Source: Mobula birostris (taxonomy: Eukaryota). From it: DNA of 64,000 bases. Made by a program: the position numbers and the translations under genes. The notes below the pieces were generated by a model, which saw nothing but the letters and a program-made list of their open reading frames with translations, did not search any database and was not told the DNA's origin. Shown one piece after another: positions 27,406 through 39,860 of this stretch. Location of the stretch: contig NC_092387.1 in the NCBI RefSeq assembly GCF_030028105.1, positions 50,973,590-51,037,589 of the forward strand, read 5' to 3'. Within the stretch, counting starts at the first letter, position 1, and every line of letters starts with the position of its first letter.

Positions 27406-27707
27406 CTTCTCCAAGTTAGACCCATTCCAACCCAAAGATTGGATAACATTCCTGTATAATCTTATGGGGACGTGATGCATCATCAGATGTGCTAAATATC
27501 CTATCTTCTCTGTCAGATGTATTTCCCTGACCAATAATTGCATCTAATTTAAAGACAGATTAGCTGATAATTATCACATTGGTGTATGAAGGAGCCTGCC
27601 ATGCATGAATCAGCTGTTGTTTTCCTACTTTACAGCAGGGATAACACTTCTAATGTGCGCTCTTTATAGCATTTTGCCACATTCTGGCACATAAATTTAA
27701 GTAGCAC

Positions 27708-27921
27708 GAAGACGAGAAAATCTGCAGATGCTGGAAATCCAAGCAATACACATGAAATGCTTGAGGAATTCAGGAGGTCAGGCATCTTTGGAAAAGAGAA
27801 AACAGTCCACGTTTCAGGCCGAGTCCTGATGAAGGATCGCTGCCTGAAATGTCAACTGTTCACTCTTTTCCATAGATGCTGTTTAGCCTGCTGAGTTCCT
27901 CCAGCATTCTGTGTGCGTTGC
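27708..27921. mobile_element. Short inverted pair of PLE 3' tails
   Basis: Minus tail to about 27821, then a plus tail starting agtcctgatgaagg with a degenerate hammerhead. Confidence 0.75.
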
Positions 27922-28082
27922 ATATAAACTTAATTATTTATCTTTCCTTTAATTTGAATGCAATTGGCTCAACTACCCTACCTATTGATCAGGTGATTAT
28001 AAATATATGGTTCATGCATTTTGCCTATAAATTTTCAGTGTAGTACTGAACAGAACGTGTAGAACGTTTCAGTGCAGTACTG

Positions 28083-29287
28083 TATCTGCTCTCAGGATGA
28101 GGTTTTTCATTCCAGGACGAGGGAGATGTCCTCCTTTTTTAAAGAAAGGGGCTTCCCTTCTTCGACTATCAACTCTGCTCTCAAACACATCTCCCCCATT
28201 TCACGTACATCTGCTGTCACTCCATCCTCCCGCCACCCCACTAGGAATAGGGTTCCCCTGGTCCTCACCTACCACCCCACCAGCCTCCGGGTCCAACATA
28301 TTATTCTCCGTAACTTCCGCCACCTCCAACGGGATCCCACCACTAAGCACATCTTTCCCTCCCCCCCCCCCCGCTTTCCGCAGGGATCGCTCCCTACGCG
28401 ACTCCCTTGTCCATTCGTCCCCCCCATCCCTCCCCACTGATCTCCCTCCTGGCACTTATCCTTGTAAGCGGAACAAGTGCTACACATGCCCTTACACTTC
28501 CTCCCTTACCACCATTCAGGGCCCCAGACAGTCCTTCCAGGTGAGGCGACACTTCACCTGTGAGTCGGCTGGGGTGATATACAGCGTCTGGTGCTCCCGA
28601 TGTGGCCTTCTATATATTGGCGAGACCCGACGCAGACTGGGAGACCGCTTTGCTGAACACCTACGCTCTGTCCACCAGAGAAAGCAGGATCTCCCAGTGG
28701 CCACACATTTTAACTCCACATCCCATTCCCATTCTGACATGTCTATCCATGGCCTTCTCTACTGTAAAGATGAAGCCACGCTCAGGTTGGAGGAACAACA
28801 CCTTATATTCCATCTGGGTAGCCTCCAACCTGATGACATGAACACCGACTTCTCTAACTTCTGCTAATGCCCCACCTCCACCTCGTACCCCATCCGTTAT
28901 TTATTTTTATACACATTCTTTCTCTCACTCTCCTTTTTCTCCCTCTGTCCCTCTGACTATACCCCTTGCCCATACTCTGGGTTCCCACCCCCCCCATCTT
29001 TCTCCCCAGACCTCCTGTCCCATGATTCTCTCATATCCCCTTTGCCAATCACCTGTCCAGCTCTTGGCTCCATCCCTCCCCCTCCAGTCTTCTCCTATCA
29101 TTTTGGATCTCCCCCTCCCCCTCTCAAATCTCTTACTAACTCTTCCTCCAGTTAGTCCTGACTAAGGGCCTCAGCCTGAAACGTTGACTGTACCTCTTCC
29201 TAGAGATGCTGCCTGGCCTGCTGCGTTCACCAGCAACTTTGATGTGTGTTGCTTGAATTTCCAGCATCTGCAGAATTCCTGTTGTCC
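28083..29287 (+). mobile_element. Neptune-type PLE, 5'-truncated
   Basis: ORFs at 28072 and 28097 with PCKRNKCYTCPY and GLLYIGETRRRLGDRFAEH. Complete 3' tail. TSD gtgtagtactgaaYag at 28038-28053 and 29288-29303. Confidence 0.95.
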
Positions 29288-29679
29288 GTGTAGTACTGAA
29301 TAGTTTTGATTTATTCAGAAACCTTGTCATTTGAAAAGTTAAACCACCTACCTTTAAAGAGGATGTTAATAAACACCAGGAGAATCAAGGTAATGTCTTG
29401 GTTAACATCTCTCCCTCAACCAATAATCAAAATCTGATTAGCTAGTCATCTATCCCACGACTGATAATGGGATGTTACTATGTATAATTTGGAAACTCCA
29501 TTCGGTCACTTCCTACAAACATGTTAAGATGCTTAACAGCAAATTGAACTTCCAAGTTAGTTCTGACTGGTAAACAATCGAAGAGAAGATTAACTTATGT
29601 ATAAATATGACACAGCTTGTTTAGACATTTACACTGAGTTATAACTCGGATAATTATGTGCAGTGAGAGTTAAAAAGTT

Positions 29680-30390
29680 CCCGTAAATCGTACCTAGGCC
29701 TTGCCTGTTCGGACAGCTCGGCTCAATCCTTCTCCCTAACTAGGATTATTCTAGCTTTCACACAACTACGCCTCCTTCCACTGGGGGAGGAAGGTACTCC
29801 CAGCGCTTCTGGACTATCACTCCACTATCTAGAGGCAAGCCTCACTCTCTCTCGCCGCCCCCTTGAACTCCTCGTCTAGACTCGCTTTTCCGGCCGCACC
29901 CCCCGGTACAAAACGTGCAGCTTCTCACACTCCGCGGTAAGCGCCAACACTGCGCCGGAGGACCTTCAACCGCTGGCGGCGCTGAGCCGGAGGTCCGCCA
30001 ACCGTGGAGAGGCGCTGAGCCAGAGGTCCTCCGACCGCTGGGGCGCTGGGCCGGAGGTCCTCCAACCGAGGAGAGGCACAGAGCCAGAGGTCCTCCGACC
30101 ACTGGCGGCGCTGAGCCGGAGGTCCTCTAACGGTGGAGAGGCGCTGCAGGCGAACGAGTCTCCCACAGCACAACCATGTCAACGTACCCTCCCCGACGCT
30201 GATACCGTGCTGTTCGCTGCCCACCGTTCCTGTATTAATCAACACAGTGAACCCCATTCCCCTTCGGCATGAAGTCACCTTTCGTTCGCGCTTTGGATTC
30301 AATATATTTTCAAATTTGATTAGAACTTCAGGACAGAATATTTACAAAAGGCAACCAGGCGATGTTATATAAAATATTTGTCGACGGCTA
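29680..30390 (-). promoter_or_regulatory. CpG island; possible upstream promoter or first exon on the minus strand
   Basis: CpG-dense, GC box (gggggcggcg on the minus strand), ACGTG at 29913-29917, donor TAG|GTACGA (exon end 29694). Confidence 0.4.
29950..30146. repeat. GC-rich minisatellite, about 6 units of 31-33 bp alternating A/B
   Basis: Units ggcgctgagccggaggtcctccaaccgtggaga alternate with ggcgctgagccagaggtcctccgaccgctgg(c). Confidence 0.9.
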
Positions 30391-30899
30391 ATAATTGCTC
30401 AAATAACTTCTTCACTCTTTGACATTCTTTGTGAATCCAATCTCTTTGTTTTCTTCTACTTGTTCTTTGCTCTCAATGCTGCGACTACCGCAGTACAGAG
30501 ATCGGGGGTGTTTTGGATGAGAATTAATACCGGGGCATCATCATTTGTGCTGTCAAAAGATCAATGTCGCGACTTAGAAAGAAGGGAGAGGAATTCTCTT
30601 TAATGTCCTAAACTATATTTAGCCTCCAATCAACGTGACAAAACCTGTTCACCATTTCACATTACTATTCTGGGAACTTGCTGTCATATTTCGTTGTACT
30701 TTTCAAATCAATTTAAGCAATTTGATAGTTTGTCGGTTGTTGCTTAATTGTAACAATTCCACCCCCCCCCCGCTCTGAAGGTTTAGGAGTTAAAGTTCCT
30801 TTCCAGAGACATGAGTCCTAAAACCCTGGACTCAGTCTCCCCATGGAGTTGCCACTGCAGTCTTTTTTAGGTGGTCCCTTAGAATAGTTCGCTACTCTC

Positions 30900-31612
30900 C
30901 CTCAATGTCGCAAAAACAAAGTAGCTGGTTGTGGACTACAGGAGGAATAGAGACGGACCCTATTGACATCAATGGATCTGGGGTTGAGAGGGTGAACAGC
31001 TTAAATTCCTCGAGGGGCATACATAGATAGCACCGAGAATCTCACGTGGTCTGTACATACCGGCTGTGTGGCGAAAAAAACACAACAGCGCCTCTTTCAC
31101 CTCAGACGGTTGAAGAAGTTTGGTGTGGGCCCCCAAATCCTAAAAACTTTCTACAGGGGGCACAATTGAGAGTATCCTGACTGGCTGCATCACTGCCTGG
31201 TATGAGAACTGTACTTCCCTCAATCGCAGGACTCTGCAGAGTGGTGCGCACAGCTCAGCGCATTTGTGTATGTGAACTTCCCATGATTCAGGACATTTAC
31301 AAAGACAGGTGTTTAAAAAGGGCCCGAAGGATCATTGTGGACCCGAGTCACCCCAACCACAAACTGTACTAGCTGCTACCATCCGGGAAATGGCATAAAA
31401 GCCAGGACCAACAGGCTCCGGAACAGCTTCTTCCACCAAGCCATCAGACTGATTAATTCACGCTGATACAGTTGTATTTCTATGTTATATTGGCTGTCCT
31501 GTTGTACATACTATTTATTACAAAATAATATAAATTGCACATTTAGACGGAGATGTAACATAAAGATTTTTACTCCTCGTGCATGTAAAGGATTTAAGTA
31601 ATAAAGTCAACT
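30900..31612 (+). mobile_element. Rex1/Babar LINE 3' fragment
   Basis: Closely similar to 7335-7862 and extends further 5'. Confidence 0.85.
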
Positions 31613-32063
31613 TAATTTTTTTTGTTGTTCTGAGGTGACCGTATGGAATTTGCAGAATCTACCTTACGGGCAATTGCAGTCTTTTGGATGAGAAATAAAA
31701 CGCAGGTTCTGCCTGCTCCCTTGGGGATGCCAAAGATTTATTGATGCCATTGTGATAATTAGACAGATATTCCTTTGGATGAAAAGTTACTGACCTGAAA
31801 ATATAATTATGTTTCTTTCCCCTTAGTGAATATTTCCAGCACTTTGTTTTCTTTTTAGAGTACCAGTATTTGCAAGTTTTGCTTATAGACAGCCATTCTC
31901 TAAACCTCGGCCAATAACATATCTGATCAAGAGCATAAGCTGCTTGTGGGAGCTTGTTGCGCACAAATTGTCTGTCATCATTGAAGTATTACCACAGGCA
32001 GTATATAGTAGCATTCTTGTTTTGAGTTAATAGGTTGAAGGAGATTGCAGCACAGAAAACTTT

Positions 32064-32221
32064 NNNNNNNNNNNNNNNNNNNNNNNNNNNNNNNNNNNNN
32101 NNNNNNNNNNNNNNNNNNNNNNNNNNNNNNNNNNNNNNNNNNNNNNNNNNNNNNNNNNNNNNNNNNNNNNNNNNNNNNNNNNNNNNNNNNNNNNNNNNNN
32201 NNNNNNNNNNNNNNNNNNNNN
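32064..32221. other. Assembly gap (158 N)
   Basis: Run of N. Confidence 1.
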
Positions 32222-32449
32222 GCTGAAATTGTTATAAGGCAGCCACAACCACAGTTCAAAACTACGTGCTTTGGGGTGTGACGAGTGTTAAATAAATATG
32301 AAAATAAAGCAACCTTGCGGAAGCAGAATTTTTCTATTCAATGACCCTCTGGTCACTGATGAGAAACATTGGCTCAGTGTCTCTGCACTTTGATCTGATC
32401 GGTATTTCCAGGACTCTATGATTTTATTGATATGATTTTCTTCTCTATC

Positions 32450-33110
32450 ACTGCGTCGACAATATCATCTCTGACCGTGCTTGTCTCATAGTATCGAACT
32501 TTGCGTTAAGTAACGTTAATTGGAAATCTTCCGGGCTGTTTCAGCAGCCTCGCCTCTGGAGGTCACTTCTCGATCCGCGGGCGGGAGCCGAGGAGGCCAT
32601 CTTGCCGCTGCTTCCGTCTTGTCGGTAGTCAGTCAGCCGGACCGGGCTTGCCGGGGTGACGGTAAAAGGTGGGGTAGCTGTAGAATCGGCGGGGTCCCAC
32701 TTGGCGGTTTGTGAACATGACCCTCGGTGGAGCAGGACTCCGCTGTTACAAACGCCACGTCGTAAAGTAATTTGGAGTAGGATTAGGCCACCCGACTCTC
32801 AGAACCTGCTCCGCCTCCACTGGGAGCTTGGCCGATCCTTGACTTCAGCTCCAATTCTCGCCCTGATTTTCGCGTGTTCCCCTCCTCTCGCCCTGAAGTC
32901 CTATATCCCCTTCTCAGCTTTGACACCCCTACCCGTTTCTCCTCCCACCTTCCCCTATGATGGCATGGCGGAGAAGCCTCGATGGGCGGAATGGTCTAAT
33001 TCTGCTCATATGTGTTATGGTTTAACATATACTTTCAGCTGTCCCACCATCACCCAGTGCCCCCTCTCGCCATGCTGTCCATGCCCCGTGCCGCCCCTAC
33101 TGCCACCCTG
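32450..33110 (+). promoter_or_regulatory. NUDT13: CpG-island promoter and likely non-coding exon 1 of NUDT13
   Basis: CpG-rich; YY1-type GCCATCTT at 32596-32603 and ETS-type CTTCCG at 32611-32616; candidate donors at 32656 and 32662; about 2.7 kb upstream of the first coding exon. Confidence 0.6.
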
Positions 33111-35465
33111 AGCCCATGTCACCTTTAATATCTAGCAATCAATTGACCTCCGAGTACATTTTATGACTCCACAGCCTTTTGGAGTACAACATTTTATGAA
33201 AATTCTGCTCATCTTAACCCTTAACAGCCTGCTCTTTATTCTGAGACCGTGATCCATGCTCCTAGATTCCAATCCCCTCTGCAACTGGCTACTTTACACG
33301 ATAGCAGATTGCTCAAACCCTACGTACATCTCAAGTACAATATACAGGCCATCCCAATGTTGCGGCAGCGTCTGTTGCTGTGCCCTGCTCCCCCGTGGCA
33401 GAAGATGCCTTAACCAGAAATCGATATACAGGGTAGCTGGTCTCCCAAATGCTCGCTTCTGTGTATGGGCTGACATGAGTCAGGAGTTGCAACCTGGGAA
33501 GATTATGTATGTCTGACTTGTGTTTTCTATGTTTATGCTTTAATTTGGCCATTGGTAGCCATTTATCCATTTGCTGCCCTAGATGAACAGCACATTCATT
33601 ATTGGAGGATATAGGACTGCAAAGTGATTGACTGCAGTTGGCAAGGACTTGGACCAATGAGCTGTTGTTGTCTGACTCCAGTTACCATAGTAGATATGGC
33701 AGAGCCTGAAGACTGGGACCTACTCAAGGAGTCACAGAAAAGTACAGCACAGAAACAGGTTCTTTGGCCCATCTACTCTGCTGAACCATTTAAAACTGCC
33801 TACTCCGATAACTTACACCCGGACCATACCCTCTATCCATGTACCCATCCAAATTTCTTTTAAACATTGAAATCGAGCTTGCATGCACCACTTAACACTC
33901 GTACAGTTCACACTCTCACAATCCTCTTGAGTGAAAAAAATCATGAATTCATTGCGGTTCTGCATATTCTGCAGGCCATCCCAAGCAACACAATGCAAAA
34001 TCTGGTCATCCCCACAGTGGAAGCAGTGTTCTGGACAGAATATCAGGTGTAAGCCATTAAGAACGGTTACAGTACAACAAGGATGACCATTTTGGTATTG
34101 CCTAATCAATGGAACTACAGATCACAAATTACGCCAGCTACAACCTGAGAAACACACGAAAAATGTTTAGCCATAAACAGAGTCTGTGTGGACTCTGGAT
34201 AACTTGACTTGAGTTATATCCTCTAAGCCCCAATCTCTTTATGCTGACATTCTACAGCTTTCTTTTCTCACTTTCCTACTGTAATTATTAAAAGTAATGA
34301 GTTTGAGCAACACCACAGTACAAAATTGTTACTTCTGAAGATTGACAAATCATTTTAGAATCAAGTTTTAATTCTTTTACATATATAACTGTGTCCTTTG
34401 CACTTATTTATGCAGAATTGCTGCAGCAACAGCCCTGGTACAAATCTGACAAAGTGATAAAGCCACTATCCTCTATTTGTGCCTACCTGCTATGGACATG
34501 GAAATTGCAGTACGTGCTTCATTTCTATTACTGTCAATCCGACTCCTTGAAGTACATGACATTAAATGATGGTGTAACCGGGAGGTATGCTTCCACAGCC
34601 GGTAGGAATAATTTAAACCTGTTCTGTTGTAATGCAGCAACAACAAACATGAAAACCACGAAAATGAAGCATAGGTGCTTTTTTAAATTTTTTATCTTTT
34701 TTATTTAGCGATAAAGCACAGTAACAGGTCAGCACTACCCCCAATACACCCACTGAACAATTAACCTACTAACCCATACATCTTTGGAATGTGAGAGGAA
34801 ACCAGAGCATCTGGAGGAGACCCATGTGGCCGCAGGGAAAGGTATGAACTCCTTACAAACATTGGCAGAATTGAATGCAGATCCCTGGCGCTATGATAGC
34901 GTTGAGCTAACCGCTATGCTACCATGCATTCAAAGGTTCTGATTTGCTTAGTGTATGTCAGCAAGTATCCAAGAAATCCAAAGTGTTTTATTTTTGTGTT
35001 TAAACCATGTAGGTGTTTGTGGCAAGACCTGTATTTATTACCTTTTAAGATTATGGCGATGAGCCAAATGCTTGAACTACTTCTGCCTGTCTGGTGAAGA
35101 TACTCTTTTAGTGTTGCTTATGGATTTGCAGAATTTACATCCCAGAACTATATTCATTATTTGGTTTTAAATTTGTACCAACATAGTTTCATTAAGACAT
35201 GGGTGCTGGTGCGCACATTGGAAACTTAGTGATTAACTTCATTTTGGAGTTCTTGTTCTGAACTGAGCCACCAAAGGGAGGTGAGATTTTATCTTGTAAT
35301 TCCCTCACCCTGCTTTACTGTGTTCTCTTATTTAATGTGTGCAGGTTTGGTTGTACTTGGGGTATAACTGGTTTCTCTTTCCTGTCAGATTACCTTGCTC
35401 TTGAGGTGACCAGAGGTCGACACAGTTAGTTAGATACTACAAGCTGGACTTGAAAACAAGCAGTG

Positions 35466-35548
35466 ATGCATCTCTTTTTGAGTAATTTCATCAAACCAGC
35501 CTCTCAGTTATCCTACAGAATGGCTTCAAATTATGTTAGTCGGATCCG
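35466..35548 (+). CDS. NUDT13: NUDT13 coding exon 1 (exon probably starts at 35389)
   Basis: MHLFLSNFIKPASQLSYRMASNYVSRI(R), resembling the N-terminus of NUDT13; donor CG|GTGAGT; 83 nt; phase fits the next exon. Confidence 0.85.
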
Positions 35549-36994
35549 GTGAGTTTTGTGTTGTGCGTCTAATCACTTATATTAGGTGTTCTATTCTTTT
35601 GTCCTCTTCGTGTTTGAGAGGAGTCAGTGGTGAACGGGGTGGTGTCCCATATTTTATATGGATTCCCATATCAAATTAGAACTGCTAAAACTATGGGATC
35701 AAGAATATAATTGCCAATTTCAAGGGATTTCCATTTGCACACTTGAAAATCTCTCTCTATTTCCCAGGCCAAGTTTTAATTTGTGTCATGAAAGTGTGGC
35801 GTTTGCATGTTGTCTCTATGACCTCATGGATTTCCGCTGAGTGTTCTGTTTTCCTCCCTCAATCCAAAGACATACCAGAAGTTTAATAAGCTACTGTAGA
35901 TTAACTTTAGTGTAGGTGGATGGCGAAAAAATCAAAGAGAAGTTGATGGATATGTGTAAAAGAACATACTGAATAAGAACTTGTAGAACATTGAAAGGCC
36001 TAGATAGAGTGGGCGTAGAAAGGATGTTCCCAATAGTGGGACAGTCTAGAACCAGAGGGCACAGCCTCGTTTTCGAATGATGTCTCTTTAGAACAGAGGT
36101 GAAGAGGAATTTCTCTAGCCAGAGGTTAATCTGTGGGATTCATTGCCATAGACTATTGTGGAGGCTAAGTTATTGGGTATATTTAAAGCAGAGGTTGATA
36201 GGTTCTTGATTATTAAGGGTGTCAAAGGTTATGGGGAGAAGACAGAAGAATGGGAATGAGAGGGAAAATAAATAGAATGGCAGAGCATGATCAAAGGGCT
36301 GAATGCCAGATTTTTTTTATGTCTTATGGTCTGATAAATTGCAAGAATATCATTCTCCTGGGAGTCAGTATAGATCTGTTGTTCCGCTTGGCTTCCTACA
36401 TTGCCATGAGCAAAGAAGGAAAAATCTCTTCTTACTATAAATTGTTACTGATTTCCATACAGTTTCAGACAAGACATTTAAGTCTTCTGAAAACAAATTT
36501 AATCGCAGTCATTCTAAAAATTTAACTGTTGTTGCCAGATGAAATATAATTGGACTGATCTGTTGCTTCACTGTAAATTGGTTATCTTGAAGAATTGTTG
36601 AGGACAAAATTGCTAAACTATTTTCCTGAGTTTACAATATTTATCACAAGTATATTACACAGCGGATTCAATGTAAACTGGAAAAAAAACCTGTATCTGT
36701 CACTTCTTTTATATCTTCCTGATTACTTGAGTAAGGAGAAAAGAATATTTTCATTTCTATAGCACCTTTCACAAACACAGAACATCCTCCCTCCCTACTT
36801 GGGGAACATTGTTCTGATTATCTGTCACCTTGGCTGTATAGGCACATTCTCTACATTCAACCCCAAAAGACCTGGTTCAAATTTTTACTCCTAGATTCTC
36901 CAGAAACTAAATAATGTCTCCAGTTATCCTTAATATCTTGAAAACTTCTAATAAGTCATGCCTTAGCCATACAAACCATGAAAACTTTCAGGGC

Positions 36995-37336
36995 GAACAA
37001 ATTAGGATATAAACACCTACAATGGTTGTTACATAGGCTTATGTACAACATTTTGGACCAGTGGAAATGGTCCAGAAGAGTTATATGGAAACTATTATTA
37101 CCATTTTTCTTAACAACTAATACCATTACTTAGCCTAATAGATTAGAATTACCACAGTACATAATTATCTATTTAAGTGTCTATTTTGCTTTTATATCAT
37201 CTCAATGTGTACTTAAGAATGTATAAATAATTATAGTTTTATACATATAAAAAAATGGAAAAGGTTGTATGTATGAAAAAAGTACATGATATTTGTGAAT
37301 TCCTTATCCAAATAAAAATAAAATTTAAAAAAAAAA
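36995..37336 (+). mobile_element. Polyadenylated retroposed insert (L1/Tx1-type 3' end or retrocopied 3' UTR)
   Basis: AATAAA at 37311, A-tail, perfect 15-bp TSD gaaaactttcagggc at 36980-36994 and 37337-37351. Confidence 0.85.
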
Positions 37337-37401
37337 GAAAACTTTCAGGGCAGAAATGGTTAATACAAAAGGCATAATTTTAATGTGATTGGCAGAAAGT
37401 A

Positions 37402-38023
37402 CAGTGTCCCCCCTTTGGAAGTTTTCATATTTTAATGTTTTACAACATTGAATCATAGTGGATTTAATGTGAGTGTTTTTGACATTAATCAACAGAGAAA
37501 GACTCTTTCATGTCAAAGTGAATGTGACTTCTAAAACTAATTTGCTGCGCCAGTGATGATTTGTTGTGTCATATTAAAGGGGGATGAACACATGCAATTA
37601 ATTATCATCAAAGTTGCTGGTGTATGCAGCAGGCCTGGCAGCATCTCTAGGAAGAGGTACAGTCAACGTTTCAGACCGAGACCCTTCATCAGGAATACTG
37701 ACGAAGGGTCTCGGCCCGAAACGTCGACTGTACCTCTTCCTAGAGATGCTGCCTGGCCTGCTGCGTTCACCAGCAACTTCGATGTGTGTTGCTTGAATTT
37801 CCAGCATCTGCAGAATTCCTCGTGTTTGCAATCAATTATTTTGTGTTTTATATTTGTAATTAATTTAGATGACTTTTTAGAGATCTGTTTTCACTTTGAC
37901 ACAGAAGATTCTTTTCTGTTAATCAGTGTCAAAAATGCCAAATTAAATCCACTGTGATTCAATGTTGTAAAACAATTGAACATGGTAACTTCTAAGGGGG
38001 GTGGATACTTTTTATAGGCACTA
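37402..38023. mobile_element. Non-autonomous Tc1/mariner element
   Basis: TA-flanked, cagtg..cacta ends, imperfect inverted repeats of more than 100 bp (acaacattgaatcatagtggattta / taaatccactgtgattcaatgttgt). Sits in a CR1 relic. Confidence 0.85.
37606..37826. mobile_element. Head-to-head pair of PLE tails, each with a hammerhead core
   Basis: Minus CTGATGA at 37692-37686 and plus CTGACGA at 37698-37704. TSD tgcaatYaattat at 37593-37605 and 37827-37839. Confidence 0.9.
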
Positions 38024-38422
38024 TATAGGGTGAATTCAGAGTTTTTTTCCCCACAGCAACACACTTCCAAGGTAGTGGTAGAAGCATATACATTAGGGGC
38101 ATTTAAGAAACTTAGATAGCCTTATGGATGATAGAAAAATTGAGAGATATGAAGGAGGGGAAGTTGGGATTAATCTTGGAGGAGGTTAAAAGGCCAGCTA
38201 ACATTGTGAGCCAAAGGGCCTGTACGGTGCTGTACTGTTCTGTGTTCTAAAAATGATTGTTACACAGTACAACAGAGAGCTTTGGGGTCTATTAAGAATC
38301 TGATGGACTGTATATTTTCTAATTCATATCACTGAACATGGAGGAAATTATGTAGATCACATTTATAAGAAAAATAACCTTTCTCTAAAACTAATCTTTC
38401 TTTTATTTTAATTATATTGCAG

Positions 38423-38562
38423 CTACCTATGTGACCTGAAGGAGGACGATGAAGCCTGCCGGAAGGCCCTGAGCTCTGGAACTTTCCTGCTCTTTCATGG
38501 TCTCTCACCTCTTTTGCAGAGGATTGAGAACAAGTACATAGCACCATTTGTTACAGCCTCAG
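38423..38562 (+). CDS. NUDT13: NUDT13 coding exon 2
   Basis: YLCDLKEDDEACRKALSSGTFLLFHGLSPLLQRIENKYIAPFVTAS; AG/GT flanked; 140 nt. Confidence 0.95.
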
Positions 38563-39698
38563 GTAGAAATACTGGAGAAAAAGTAGCCACTTAGGGGCTT
38601 TGTTAATCTTCTATTACCTTTTTAGAAACTGGAAGTAGATTAGCCAGGGTCTCTGAAAGAATGAGTTCAACGTAAGAAATCAGTCACATCTCTTTAAATC
38701 AAAACTTTTCAAAAAATTATTGTTTTATCATGTTCTGAAGAGGAAGCCTTCCTTCCAAGTCCTACTCTGACACTAATTGTAATATTGTCTTCTTTTGTGG
38801 ATGTACAATTTATTTCATTGACTGTAATTACTTTAAAGAAGTACTTCCAAACAGTTCTCGTGTCCATTTAGTAGTGGTGTAGGTCAATGGCAGAGTAGTC
38901 AAAAGATCATGCACAAATTATTGTAAACTGTAATGTGCTGTATGAACATCTTATGTCACAGTGACCATTATGACAGGATACTCACTAACTAACAACCCTT
39001 TGCACTTTGTAACACAGGAACATAGGAGAAGAAAAACCCCGGTTTGCTTTTCAATGATGATGTGACTTTCCTGTGACTTATCCACATACCAGTCCCAGTA
39101 TAGGACCATAAGACCGGAAGACATTGGAGCAGAATTAGGCTAATCGGCCCATTGAGTCTGCTGCACCATTTGGTCATGGCTGATTTATTATCCCTCTCAA
39201 CTCCGTAACCTTTGATGCCCTTACAGATCAAGAACATATTAATCTCCACTTTAAATATACTTAGTGCCTTGTCCTCCACAGCTGTGTGTGACAATGAATT
39301 ACACCAAATCACCACATTCTGGCTAAAGAATTTCTCCTTATCTTTATTCTAAGGAGACATCCTTCTATTGTGAGGCTGTGCCCTCTGGATCAACACTCTT
39401 CCACTATTGGAAACATGCAAAGCTTTGGCAAATATTAATGACAAAGCAACATTTATTGTTTGCATGTAAGTGTCAGATATAAATGATTCTGATGTGTAGC
39501 TGAAGGGAGAGGAGGTACTGTAAGTGCATTTGCTCACAGTATGTATTAATGTGGGGTGAAGAACATATTTTAATTTTCTGTATTGTTATGCCTGTCATAG
39601 TATGCTTTCAGAATGTTATTTAATTGCAATTGCAGAATTCTGAAAACTTGTTTATGTGAGCATAGAAAAGAAATTGATGTTTTAAGTTTTTGTTCCAG

Positions 39699-39806
39699 AG
39701 CTGAATGGAATTCTTAAGAAGCTGGGCCAGACAGAAAAATGGATGGAGGAATCAGTTCTAACTGGTTGTACAGAAAGTCTTGTGCCACAGTTTGCACTAG
39801 ATTTAG
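39699..39806 (+). CDS. NUDT13: NUDT13 coding exon 3
   Basis: ELNGILKKLGQTEKWMEESVLTGCTESLVPQFALDL; 108 nt; donor G|GTGAGA. Confidence 0.95.
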
Positions 39807-39860
39807 GTGAGATTGATATTAAGCTCTGTATCTAAATTAATGAAACTATCTTACCAAAAG

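Noticed and set aside
29842-30302. Repetitive ORFs over the minisatellite as a protein
   Set aside because: Several frames on both strands are open because of GC-rich repeats; no domain similarity.
31978-32281. ORFs containing X runs
   Set aside because: Artefacts of the N gap.
32541-32600. Minus-strand ATG in aagATGgcc context as a gene start
   Set aside because: It stops after 19 codons with no splice donor; better explained as a YY1 motif.
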